The position numbers and the translations under genes are program-made. Of a stretch of 64,000 bases of DNA, positions 38,707 to 47,534 are shown one piece after another (position 1 is the first letter of the stretch; every line of letters starts with the position of its first letter). Below the pieces are notes generated by a model. The model saw only the letters and a list, made by a program, of their open reading frames with translations. It made no database searches and was not told the origin of the DNA. Source of the stretch: Candidatus Cloacimonadota bacterium (GTDB taxonomy: Bacteria > Cloacimonadota > Cloacimonadia > Cloacimonadales > TCS61); assembly GCA_018400535.1 (NCBI GenBank), contig JAGYMQ010000047.1:4997-68996 (forward strand), given 5' to 3'.

Positions 38707-40002
38707 CTATTCGTCTCTTTCAGCAATTTTTCCTTTGATCTTTTCCGCTGCATTATCCAAAGCTTCTTTCGGTTGCAGAATGCCGCGGATCACCCTTTCG
38801 ATCACATGTTCTTCCAAATATTTCCGCACTTCAAACCATTCGCTGATCTGCGGCTCAAAAGTTGCTGTTTCAAGCTGTTCATAAACTGAAGCAATTTCAG
38901 GATTGTTTGCAAGACGCTTTTTCAAAGCTTCCACTTGAAAAGCACTTTTACGAACAGGCATATAATAGGTGAGTTCGCTCCAGCGCGCGGTTTGCTCTGT
39001 ATCTGTAAACCATTTCACAAATTCCCAAGCAGCTTTTTCTTTTTCCTTATCTTCATTTTTGAAGATGACCACGTTCGTTCCAGAAATAATATTCTTTTTC
39101 GTCTCTTTGGTTGGAATGGCAGAAATTCCCATATTGAAGTCTATACCAGTGCGTAACATATATGCCATTGAAACGCTGGAATCTTCATAGAAAGCTACTT
39201 TCTGCGCTGTGAAATCTTTTTGTCCTTCATAACCAGGCGAAAGATAACCGGTCTTATCGACATTTAAAATATTGGTGATAAAGTTCAATGCTTCCACGCC
39301 TTCAGGACTGTTGAAAAGCGGTTTTGTATAATCATCATTCATTATTTGACCACCTGCCTGCAGCAAGAGATTTTCGAACTGCCAGGCACTGATCTTCATC
39401 GTTGTGCCATACTGATCAATCTTGCCATCTCCATCTGTATCCTGAGTAAGTTTTTTACAGTATTCGCGAAATTCACTCCAGGTTTTCGGTGGTTTGTTGG
39501 GCTCAAGATCATTTTGAAAAAGAATGTCTTTATTATAATATTGGACACGCACACTTTTATTGAAAGGGAAAGAAACAAGCCTACCATTCATTGTGTTGCT
39601 ATTGATGAAAACCGGATAAATATCCTGCAAGTCTTCTTTTCCAAAATCTTCATCTTCTGCAATCAAATCTTCGATTGGAACAATTACATCGCCATCGATC
39701 ATATTTGAGATCCAGGCCTCATAAGCTTGTGCTAAATCTGGTTGATTTCCAGTCTGGATGGATGCCATCACTTTCTGAGATAGAGCTGTATAATTTCCCA
39801 TATTGATAGATCGGACATAAATATCAGGATTAGTTTTATTGAATTTTTCCACAAGTTCACCAAGAGCATCACCCAAAGGGCCTCCCATCGCCTGCCAGAA
39901 AACGATCTCAGTTTTACCAGTAGATTCATTATCTTTGTTTCCCTTTCCGCAACCTACAATCAGGAAACTTACTACGATTAAAATTTGAATCATTCTATTC
40001 AT
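38707..40002 (-). CDS. ABC-transporter sugar-binding lipoprotein (family 1 solute-binding protein), no cognate permease nearby
   Basis: The ATG at 40002 follows AAGGAG (the track ORF starts at a TTG at 40029). The lipobox is LIVGCGK. The body has a MalE-like pattern (FWQAMGGPLGDAL…). Confidence 0.8.
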   Translation of the reverse strand: MNRMIQILIVVSFLIVGCGKGNKDNESTGKTEIVFWQAMGGPLGDALGELVEKFNKTNPDIYVRSINMGNYTALSQKVMASIQTGNQPDLAQAYEAWISNMIDGDVIVPIEDLIAEDEDFGKEDLQDIYPVFINSNTMNGRLVSFPFNKSVRVQYYNKDILFQNDLEPNKPPKTWSEFREYCKKLTQDTDGDGKIDQYGTTMKISAWQFENLLLQAGGQIMNDDYTKPLFNSPEGVEALNFITNILNVDKTGYLSPGYEGQKDFTAQKVAFYEDSSVSMAYMLRTGIDFNMGISAIPTKETKKNIISGTNVVIFKNEDKEKEKAAWEFVKWFTDTEQTARWSELTYYMPVRKSAFQVEALKKRLANNPEIASVYEQLETATFEPQISEWFEVRKYLEEHVIERVIRGILQPKEALDNAAEKIKGKIAERDE

Positions 40003-40096
40003 AACACACTCCTTCGAAATTTTTGGCAAATTAAAAATCGGTGACTCAAAGTCAATAAGAATTTTTTTCGATCTGGATAATTTCAGTTCCGTTTTA

Positions 40097-40127
40097 TTGA
40101 CAAGATACCTTACTAAAAAAATATGAC
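40097..40127 (+). promoter_or_regulatory. Possible promoter of tRNA-Pro
   Basis: TTGACA at 40097-40102. There is only a weak -10 candidate (TATGAC at 40122-40127, 19-nt spacer), 9 nt before the tRNA 5' end. Confidence 0.3.
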
Positions 40128-40135
40128 TTTAGAGT

Positions 40136-40213
40136 CGGGATGTAGCGCAGACCGGTCAGCGCGTTCGGTTCGGGACCGAAAGGTCGCTGGTTCAAATCCA
40201 GTCATCCCGACCA
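40136..40213 (+). tRNA. tRNA-Pro (anticodon CGG), CCA encoded
   Basis: I folded it by hand. The acceptor stem is CGGGATG/CATCCCG and the D stem is GCGC/GCGC. The anticodon stem is TTCGG/CCGAA with loop TTCGGGA. The T arm is GCTGG-TTCAAAT-CCAGT, followed by discriminator A and CCA. Confidence 0.93.
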
Positions 40214-40449
40214 ACTTTTCTTCAATTCAATATCATCACTTCGATAATTTCTTGCATTGTAATGAGTTGCGATTTATCTTAAGAATTTTTTACAATGTTC
40301 AGATATTCTTTATCACTTTCAGTTTATCAGAATGTAACCACAAGAAAATGACGCTCATATTAAACTATCCGAAATACTTAAAGATTGTGAAAATAAATCA
40401 TTGACCAGTATTCATCTTTCAAACAAATGAATAAAAAAATTTCTGGGAA

Positions 40450-42261
40450 ATGAGTATGAAAGTCAAATTTATTTATCAGCCACCGATTGGTGGTGAACAT
40501 GATATATATCTTGCTGGCAGTTTCAATAACTGGCAGACTGATGAATTGAAATTGCAAGAAAGCAATGGAATTTATGAGATCGAGATCGACCTGGCAGAAG
40601 GCAGATATGAGTATAAATTTATTGTAGATGGAGATTGGAAATTGGATAATGCAGCGGAAGCTGTCGAAGATAAATTTGGTAATATAAATTCAATTATTGA
40701 TGTTGGAGAAGAAAAGATTTTCAAACAAGAAAAGAAGTTAGAAAATTTTCACACTCCAAATTGGGTGAAAGATGGAATAATTTATCAGATCTTCACCGAT
40801 CGATTTTGTAATGGCGATAGCAAGCTCAATCCCGATTTTTCTGAATGGTATTATCAAAAGAAAAATGAATTAGATCCTGCAGCTCGTGAACAGAAATATG
40901 AATTTGTGAAAGATTGGAATGATACAGAAAAATTGAAAACAGCTGTAAATCGCGATTTCCTTTTTTATGGCGGAGACCTTTTGGGCGTGAAAAAAAAACT
41001 GGATTATCTGGTTGAACTTGGTGTCACGATCATCTATTTTAATCCGTTGGTGAAAGCTGCTTCCAATCACAAATATGACGCTTATGATTATTATCAGGTC
41101 GATCCTCATTTCGGTTCTAATGAAGATTTTATCGATCTTGTTCAAGCCTGTCATCAGAAAGAGATAAAAGTTATCGTAGATTTTGCCTTCAATCACGTGG
41201 GCATCGGATTTTTTGCTTTTCAAGATAGTATTGAAAAAGGAAAAAACTCAAAATATTATCATTGGTTTGATTGGAATAAGTGGCCACTTCCCGAAAAAAT
41301 CGATCAAAATTTTAATGCAAAAAAATATTATCAATGCTGGTGGGGACACGCTATCATGCCAGATCTTAATTTTGATCTCAAACGTTTCCATCCTGATGAA
41401 AATTTTGTGAAAGATATTGCTGAAGCTGAAGTGAATTGGGATATCGTGAACTATCTTTTAAAAGTCTGCGAATTCTGGCTGACCACATTCGATATCGATG
41501 GTTTTCGTTTGGATATCCCAAATGAAGTTCCCTTTTGGTTCTGGCAAAAATTCAGAAAAAAAGTAAAAAACCTGAAACCAGATGCTTACCTTGTGGGCGA
41601 AATCTGGCATAATGCTGAAGAATGGATCAATAATGACTATTTTGATGCTGTGATGAACTATAAATATTTCAAAGATCCTGTTTATGATTTCTTCTGCTTA
41701 CAAAAAATCTCACCTCAAAATTTTATGAAAAAAATTCTCGCTGGTCTGCGCCATTACCCGAAAGAAGCAACCATGGTGATGATGAACCTTTTAGATAGTC
41801 ATGACACTTTTCGCTTTCTGGAAGCAGCCCGTGGAAATATCAATAAACTGAAACTGGCTCTGATCTTTCAAATGACAACGATCGGCACTCCTCATATTTT
41901 TTATGGAGATGAGGTTGGAATGCGAGGTGGACACGATCCTGATAATCGCCGCCCATTTGATTGGAAATATTTCGAAGATCCACAAAAAATAACTTTGCGC
42001 AATTTCTATCGAAAATTGATATCTTTACGCAAAGAATATAAAGCTCTGCGACGTGGTGAATTAAAGCTCATTTCCACAAAAAATGATCTTCTTTTTTATC
42101 AACGAAAATTGGGAAAGGAAGAATTATTTATTCTGATCAATAACAATCAAACTTCCAGAAAATGCTCTGATATCAATCAAACATTTTATGATCTTATTTC
42201 TGAAAATTTTGTTAAAACAAAGGAAATTCCAGAAATGAGCGGAATGATCCTGAAAAAGTAA
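40450..42261 (+). CDS. GH13 alpha-amylase family enzyme (neopullulanase/cyclomaltodextrinase-like) with an N-terminal CBM48/E-set domain
   Basis: 603 aa. The N-terminal domain reads LAGSFNNWQ...YEYKFIVDGDW. The four GH13 regions are DFAFNHVG, GFRLDIPNEV, GEIWH and LLDSHDT. Confidence 0.9.
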   Translation: MSMKVKFIYQPPIGGEHDIYLAGSFNNWQTDELKLQESNGIYEIEIDLAEGRYEYKFIVDGDWKLDNAAEAVEDKFGNINSIIDVGEEKIFKQEKKLENFHTPNWVKDGIIYQIFTDRFCNGDSKLNPDFSEWYYQKKNELDPAAREQKYEFVKDWNDTEKLKTAVNRDFLFYGGDLLGVKKKLDYLVELGVTIIYFNPLVKAASNHKYDAYDYYQVDPHFGSNEDFIDLVQACHQKEIKVIVDFAFNHVGIGFFAFQDSIEKGKNSKYYHWFDWNKWPLPEKIDQNFNAKKYYQCWWGHAIMPDLNFDLKRFHPDENFVKDIAEAEVNWDIVNYLLKVCEFWLTTFDIDGFRLDIPNEVPFWFWQKFRKKVKNLKPDAYLVGEIWHNAEEWINNDYFDAVMNYKYFKDPVYDFFCLQKISPQNFMKKILAGLRHYPKEATMVMMNLLDSHDTFRFLEAARGNINKLKLALIFQMTTIGTPHIFYGDEVGMRGGHDPDNRRPFDWKYFEDPQKITLRNFYRKLISLRKEYKALRRGELKLISTKNDLLFYQRKLGKEELFILINNNQTSRKCSDINQTFYDLISENFVKTKEIPEMSGMILKK

Positions 42262-42281
42262 CTCAACATTCCAATGTTGAG
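42262..42281 (+). terminator. Perfect inverted repeat immediately after the GH13 stop (possible terminator, no T-run)
   Basis: CTCAACATT-CC-AATGTTGAG. Confidence 0.35.
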
Positions 42282-42310
42282 CTCATCTCACAAAAATAGC
42301 AAAAAAGAAA

Positions 42311-42397
42311 CCACGAATTTACTCGAATTGACACAAATGATATAATGTAAAAAGTCTGAACCACAGATTTTCACAGATTACACGAATTGCACGGAAT
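42311..42397. repeat. Seven phased CAC(R)(R)ATT-like octamers in two clusters (iteron-like)
   Basis: CACGAATT 42312, CTCGAATT 42322, CACAAATG 42332, CACAGATT 42362, CACAGATT 42372, CACGAATT 42381, CACGGAAT 42390. Spacings within each cluster are 9-10 bp. Confidence 0.6.
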
Positions 42398-42450
42398 GAA
42401 GAATATTTGATTTATAAATTAAAAATTTAAAATTAAGCATTCAAAACTTT

Positions 42451-42720
42451 CCCCGCTCTTTCTCCCTTCTCCCTTCTCCCTTCTCCCTTTTCCCCATTTT
42501 CTTCTTCCTTCGACTCCGCTCAGGATGACAAAGTAAATAGGGTTTGAGGTTTTGGGTTTTGGGTGTTGGTAAATAATTCAGGATAACAAATGATTTCTTA
42601 CTTTCAACATTCAACTTTTTTTTCTCTTCATTCTTTCTAAACCCCTAAACTTCTAAACTTCTAAACCTTTAGCCCCTAAACCCCTATCTCCCCATTCTCC
42701 TTGCTTCTCTCCGTTTCCCT
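42451..42720. repeat. Composite low-complexity repeat block: (CTCCCTT)x4, a G/T-rich 7-nt repeat arm, an AT-rich spacer, a (CTAAACYY) 8-nt repeat arm, and a second CT-rich tract
   Basis: Four perfect tandem CTCCCTT copies at 42462-42489. GGGTTTGAGGTTTTGGGTTTTGGGTGTTGG at 42540-42569. CTAAAC at 42637, 42645, 42653, 42661 and 42676. CT-rich 42685-42720 shares TCCCCATT with 42491-42498. Confidence 0.85.
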
Positions 42721-43042
42721 TTTACGAAAAAAGAACTGCAAAGGATTTCTTATTTTTACGTTTTTTTACTTGCAAGATTTTCAGAATTTTCAAATCTGAA
42801 AAAAATTTATTGAGTGATCATTATAAAATTTTTTTTTGGTAACTCAGAGATATGGTTGCAAAAAAGATGTGCAGGTCAATTAAGTTGATGATCAAAATTA
42901 TCAGCTATATTTGTAAAATTTTAATTCACAGCGCTGAAGAATTGTTGGAAAGTTTCTCTATCACATAATTCACTTTCACTTTTGAAGAGAAACAAGAAGA
43001 ACGTGCAATCTGCCAGCCATTAAGCGAAAAAAGGAGCGAACA

Positions 43043-45283
43043 ATGAAGAAATTATTTTTTCTAACAATTTGGATATTGATATTTATTAGCCAAATTTCTG
43101 CGAATGAAGCAAATATCATCTATCAAGATCTGAATGATCTCACTGTCGAGGAAAATCAAGTTGCCCGTGTGAAAAATTTTCGGTTCAGCAAAGATGCTGC
43201 TGAATTTGATCTGCTGGAAGGACAGCTGATTTTGCTATCTCCAGTAAATCAAAGAAAAGTGGCTGCAATTTTTACGGGTAAAGGAAATTTCTCTTTTGTT
43301 CCACCCACCGAAGTGAGTAAAAGAAGTTTATATTCCGAATACAAAGTAGAAGAATATCGCAGAAATTTTGATTTTCTTTTTATTATCTTCAATAGTGCAA
43401 TTTTAAATGAATTTCAAAAAAATCTGGAATTTTCCTATCAAAAGATCGAAGAAGACTATGACAGCACAATTCAGAAATGTCTGAAATATCTTTATGATCA
43501 TAAAAATGAGAATGAATATGATGAAAAATTGATCAGGGCAATACTGAGTGATGAATTGAAAAATTATCTTTATGTCCAATTAATTAGTAATTCAAATAAA
43601 TATGAACCGATCTTTTTTGAATATGATCCCGCCAGTATCGAAGAAGTGACTTTTTCCAAACGTCAGAAACGCATAACGATGGCAGATAATTATCGTGAAA
43701 TAGTCTGTTCTTTTCATTGTGAAGAAGACAGAATCTCTGGAACTGATCCAAGTCTGGAAACTAAAGATCAGATCACGATTGATCAATATATTATCGTGGC
43801 TGATATTTCCACTCGATTGGATTTTTCTGCTAATTGTAAAATTAAATTTAGCGGATTGAATCCCTACAGCCGATGGATCAATTTCAGAATTTTGCAGGAA
43901 TTGGAAATTGACAGAGTTCATGATGAAGAAGGAAATATACTCAATTTCTATAAAAAGAAGGATGGAGTAGATCTTTGGCTGGAATTATCTGAAACAATCG
44001 CAAAAGATCAGCAAAAAACAATTTCGATCGATTATCATGGAGACTTGATCTATCAGGGTGGAAATATCGTGAAGATCCGAAATTATAATTTCTGGTATCC
44101 TCATTTTCCTTCTTTTCAATTCAAACAATTTGATATCACTTTCCATTATCCAGAAAATTATGATCTGATAAGCGTTGGTAAAAAAGTATTTGAAGAAAAA
44201 AAAGATAAATTTAAAACTACAAACTGGAAAACAGTTCATCCTGTAAATTTTGCACCGTTCAATATGGGAAAATTCAAGCATGAAAAATTCCGCCATAAAG
44301 ATTTACCGCTTCTTTCACTTTATCTGGATAAAAACCTGGAAGATGCCAAAGCTGATGTGGCAAACAGCATTGAATTTTATCAAAATATTTATGGCGATTG
44401 TATCTATGATACTCTGACAGTTGTAGAAATTCCTGTATTACTTTCCGGGCAGGCATTTCCAGGTCTGGTCAATTTTTACTCCGATGATTTTCTGACCGAT
44501 GCAGTTTACAAAGTATATACAGATATCAATATTAACAAATCGGATTTTGTGCAATTGCGAGCTCATGAAGTGGCACATCAATGGTGGGGTTGCGGTGTGA
44601 AAATCAGAACATATCACGAGAAATGGCTCTTTGAAGGTTTGGCAGAATTCAGCAGCCTCTGGTTTCTGCAATCTTCCTTGAACGATAACGTAAAATATTT
44701 TAATATCCTGGATAAATGGCGCAATGCTATTATCGAACAACACTATCTCAAGCGTAAAGAAAATAAGCAGGATGCTCCCGTCTGGCTCGGTTCGCGAGCT
44801 CCCTATTACATAAATTATGGAAAAGGGGCCTGGATCTTTCATATGCTGCGCAATCTGATGATCGACCTGAAAACCTTTGACGAAACCAAATTTAAGGCAA
44901 TGCTAAGAGATTTTTATCATTCATATCAACATAAAAGTGCATCAACAAAAGATTTTCAAAACATTGTGAAAAAACATATCGGCGCAGATAGTGATTGGTT
45001 TTTTGATCAATGGGTCTATGGTAACGAAATTCCCAAGTTTGAATTCGATTATGATATCGTGAAAGGGAAAGAGACGAAATATAAAGCTATCTGCAAGATC
45101 AAACAGAAAAACGTCAGTCCAGATTTTATCAGCTATATACCTTTTGAAATAGATTTTGGAAATGAACGTTTGATCAGAAAACGTGTTCTGATCGAAGGTG
45201 CAGGAAAGGAATTCGAGATCAATTTACCGATCAAACCGAAAAAAATTACTTTCAATATCTTTGATTCGGTTCTGGCTGAGTAG
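43043..45283 (+). CDS. Secreted M1-family zinc aminopeptidase-like protein
   Basis: 746 aa. AAGGAG lies upstream. Signal-like LFFLTIWILIFISQISA. The gluzincin motif is HEVAHQWWG, followed 18 residues later by WLFEGLAEF. Confidence 0.85.
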   Translation: MKKLFFLTIWILIFISQISANEANIIYQDLNDLTVEENQVARVKNFRFSKDAAEFDLLEGQLILLSPVNQRKVAAIFTGKGNFSFVPPTEVSKRSLYSEYKVEEYRRNFDFLFIIFNSAILNEFQKNLEFSYQKIEEDYDSTIQKCLKYLYDHKNENEYDEKLIRAILSDELKNYLYVQLISNSNKYEPIFFEYDPASIEEVTFSKRQKRITMADNYREIVCSFHCEEDRISGTDPSLETKDQITIDQYIIVADISTRLDFSANCKIKFSGLNPYSRWINFRILQELEIDRVHDEEGNILNFYKKKDGVDLWLELSETIAKDQQKTISIDYHGDLIYQGGNIVKIRNYNFWYPHFPSFQFKQFDITFHYPENYDLISVGKKVFEEKKDKFKTTNWKTVHPVNFAPFNMGKFKHEKFRHKDLPLLSLYLDKNLEDAKADVANSIEFYQNIYGDCIYDTLTVVEIPVLLSGQAFPGLVNFYSDDFLTDAVYKVYTDININKSDFVQLRAHEVAHQWWGCGVKIRTYHEKWLFEGLAEFSSLWFLQSSLNDNVKYFNILDKWRNAIIEQHYLKRKENKQDAPVWLGSRAPYYINYGKGAWIFHMLRNLMIDLKTFDETKFKAMLRDFYHSYQHKSASTKDFQNIVKKHIGADSDWFFDQWVYGNEIPKFEFDYDIVKGKETKYKAICKIKQKNVSPDFISYIPFEIDFGNERLIRKRVLIEGAGKEFEINLPIKPKKITFNIFDSVLAE

Positions 45284-45336
45284 GTTATGATAATGCGGAA
45301 TATGAAAACTTGGAAAATAGGAAAAAGTTTTCTGAC

Positions 45337-45362
45337 AAAAGAGGCTCAAAAGAGTCTTTTTT
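45337..45362 (+). terminator. Rho-independent terminator candidate after the M1 peptidase
   Basis: AAAAGAGGCTC-AAAA-GAGTCTTTTTT (the stem has two G-T pairs), followed by a T-run. Confidence 0.5.
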
Positions 45363-45481
45363 GCAAAAGATGAGAAAGTGGTGAAATTTTAAACAGATAA
45401 AAAAAAGACCAAAATATAAGCTATTATTTTTAGTTTTTTAAATGAATGATTTTTGAGTTTGCAAGAGCTATCTAACTAGCT

Positions 45482-45949
45482 CTAGATATTTTTTTCTTCC
45501 AAATAATTTTTTATCCGCTGAGCATGATCTTTATCTTCTTCGTTCAGTTGCTGAAATATTTCTAACACTTTCGACGGTTTGTCTTCTGTCATAGCTTCTT
45601 GGAAATGAGCTTCTCCAGCTGAATTTTCCAATTGAAAAGCTGTTTGAAAAGCTTCTTTTCGAGTTCCTGGTATTTGTTTCCATTTCTCAATAATTTGGCG
45701 AATTTTTTCATTTTCTTCTTTGATTGTTTCTAATGAATCAGGCAATATTTCATCAGGGAAAAGTTTCATTTCTGCCAAATGTTCTTGGCCTGAACGTATC
45801 AAGGCAGCATGATTTTTTTCTTCCAAGGAAATTTCCCACCAAAAATCAGCATCTTCAGGAAAATAATCATGAAATATCGAATAAAGTTCATAAACGTTCA
45901 TTTCCAATTCAATCGCTTCTTGAAACAATTCATTTGTAATTTTCATCAT
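45482..45949 (-). CDS. Ferritin-like / rubrerythrin-like four-helix-bundle protein (divergent paralog 4)
   Basis: 155 aa. Helix motifs are AIELEMNVYELY, SLEEKNHAAL (ExxH), AFQLENSAGEAHF and NEEDKDHAQRI (an imperfect second ExxH). It lies 5 nt downstream of the previous gene. Confidence 0.65.
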   Translation of the reverse strand: MMKITNELFQEAIELEMNVYELYSIFHDYFPEDADFWWEISLEEKNHAALIRSGQEHLAEMKLFPDEILPDSLETIKEENEKIRQIIEKWKQIPGTRKEAFQTAFQLENSAGEAHFQEAMTEDKPSKVLEIFQQLNEEDKDHAQRIKNYLEEKNI

Positions 45950-45954
45950 CTCTC

Positions 45955-46410
45955 CTATTTAAACAAAATTTCTATTAAATCTTTTGGTTCTAACCTGTGT
46001 TTTGCGCCCTTACCTTCAAAAAAACCATGAGCACGGATCATGTGAATATTTAACGGTGTCCAGCTAATTTTCAGATTTTTGTGTAGATTGTTTAGAGTTA
46101 TTTCACCTTTACGAAATAATCCGGGATGATCAAAAGGACAAGGAATTTTACCTCTCACCGTATCATATTCAATCTCATAAATTTGATCGATAATAACATT
46201 TCCATCATAATGAGAAAATGCTTCTTGCGAGAAAAACTCCATTCGATCGGCTATTTCTTCTTTAGTTTTGCCCAGGCGTTCTAAAACAGCTAAATCGGTG
46301 GCGACTATTTCGTGAATATGACGCTCATCTTCGCCCAAAAATCCTTGGGGTGAAATTCCGCTTTCTTGCAAATTTTGTCTTATTTTTTTTTCTTGTGGAG
46401 TTTCTTTCAT
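45955..46410 (-). CDS. Hypothetical protein co-operonic with the nqr-like genes
   Basis: 151 aa. It lies 10 nt after the nqrF-like stop. I recognise no family. Conserved-looking segments are KIPCPFDHPGLF and IRAHGFFEGKGAKHRLEP. Confidence 0.6.
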   Translation of the reverse strand: MKETPQEKKIRQNLQESGISPQGFLGEDERHIHEIVATDLAVLERLGKTKEEIADRMEFFSQEAFSHYDGNVIIDQIYEIEYDTVRGKIPCPFDHPGLFRKGEITLNNLHKNLKISWTPLNIHMIRAHGFFEGKGAKHRLEPKDLIEILFK

Positions 46411-46420
46411 ATCAACCTCT

Positions 46421-47524
46421 TTAAGCGAATTTATCGTAATAAATATTTTCAGACGAAACGCCTTTCTTTTTCAATCCTTTTTCGACAGCATCGATCATTC
46501 CAGGACTACCACAAAGATAGGCTTCTGTATTTTTTGGATCTTTGATGAATTCATCAAAATAATTAGGCGCATAACCACATTTTCCATTCCAATTGCATTG
46601 TGCGGTGGGACGAGATAAAATCGGCAGATAAGTGAAGTCGGGGAATTGCTTTTCCAAATTCTGAAAATGTTCTGTGTAATAAAGATCTTTTCTGGCTCTG
46701 GCACCAAAGATATAGACCATACGGCGTTCAGTTTTGTGTTTGGAAAGGTATTCGATCATAGATTTGATAGGAGCTTTGCCAGAACCTCCAGCAATAAATA
46801 TCATATCAGCTTTTGAGTCTCTGATATAAAAATCTCCAAAAGGACCGGTGAAATTAACTTCTTCTCCTTCCTGTAAATATTCGTGCACCCAGGTTGTGCA
46901 AATGCCGTCAGGAACTTTGCGGATGATCAATTCTATTTCCTTGTTTTTATCCGGGGAAGAAGAGATAGAATAGGCTCGACTCACCGATTTTTTTATTTTC
47001 GCATATTTATTGGATTGGAGCTGAACATATTGTCCTGCTTTAAAATCAATTTCCTGCGGTTCAAGAAGTTGCAGATGCAGTTCTTTAATATCATGAGTAA
47101 GGTCTTTTATCTGAGAAACTTTTGCTTTGAATTTTTTGATATTGAAAATATCTTCCGGAATTTCGATCTTAATATCTTCTTTCACTTTCACCTGACAAGC
47201 CAGACGAAAATCATCTTTTATATCTTGCGGAGAAAGAAATGGTTTTTCCGTAGGAAGGATGGGACCTGCTCCAGCAGTAACTTTACAACGACAAAATCCA
47301 CAACTTCCTCGTCCACCGCAGGCAGAAGCGAGAAATATTTTATTCTCATTCAAAGTGGAAAGAAGCGAATCTCCACCTTCTACTTTCACTTCTTTTTTGT
47401 CATTGATCGTGATCTTACATTCTCCATAATTAGCAAAGACCAGATCAGCTATAACCAACAAAAAAGCCAGAATTCCGGAAATAGCAGAAACGATCAGGAC
47501 TGTGTTGATTATTCCAAACAACAT
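46421..47524 (-). CDS. nqrF: NqrF-like NADH-oxidising subunit (TM anchor + plant-type 2Fe-2S + FAD/NAD(P)-binding)
   Basis: 367 aa. N-terminal TM is IINTVLIVSAISGILAFLLVI. SACGGRGSCGFCRCKV...FRLACQVKVK closely follows the NqrF cluster motif. The FAD motif is RAYSISS. The NAD motif is FIAGGSGKAP. Confidence 0.85.
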   Translation of the reverse strand: MLFGIINTVLIVSAISGILAFLLVIADLVFANYGECKITINDKKEVKVEGGDSLLSTLNENKIFLASACGGRGSCGFCRCKVTAGAGPILPTEKPFLSPQDIKDDFRLACQVKVKEDIKIEIPEDIFNIKKFKAKVSQIKDLTHDIKELHLQLLEPQEIDFKAGQYVQLQSNKYAKIKKSVSRAYSISSSPDKNKEIELIIRKVPDGICTTWVHEYLQEGEEVNFTGPFGDFYIRDSKADMIFIAGGSGKAPIKSMIEYLSKHKTERRMVYIFGARARKDLYYTEHFQNLEKQFPDFTYLPILSRPTAQCNWNGKCGYAPNYFDEFIKDPKNTEAYLCGSPGMIDAVEKGLKKKGVSSENIYYDKFA

Positions 47525-47534
47525 AAATTCTCCA

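Noticed and set aside
40123-40404. 93-aa plus-strand ORF.
   Set aside because: It overlaps the tRNA-Pro gene, whose cloverleaf is unambiguous. The remainder is AT-rich spacer.
42326-42346. TTGACA followed by TATAAT, which looks like a perfect promoter.
   Set aside because: The two hexamers are separated by only 7 nt (TTGACA-CAAATGA-TATAAT). That is incompatible with sigma-70 spacing.
42540-42690. Telomere-like repeats (TTTTGGG / CCCTAAA-type).
   Set aside because: The repeats are short, degenerate and internal to a gene-dense bacterial region, with no hairpin-end or terminal context. The resemblance to eukaryotic telomeres is compositional only.
42451-42720. Possible CRISPR array.
   Set aside because: The repeat periods are 7-8 nt with no unique spacers, and no cas genes are present in the window.
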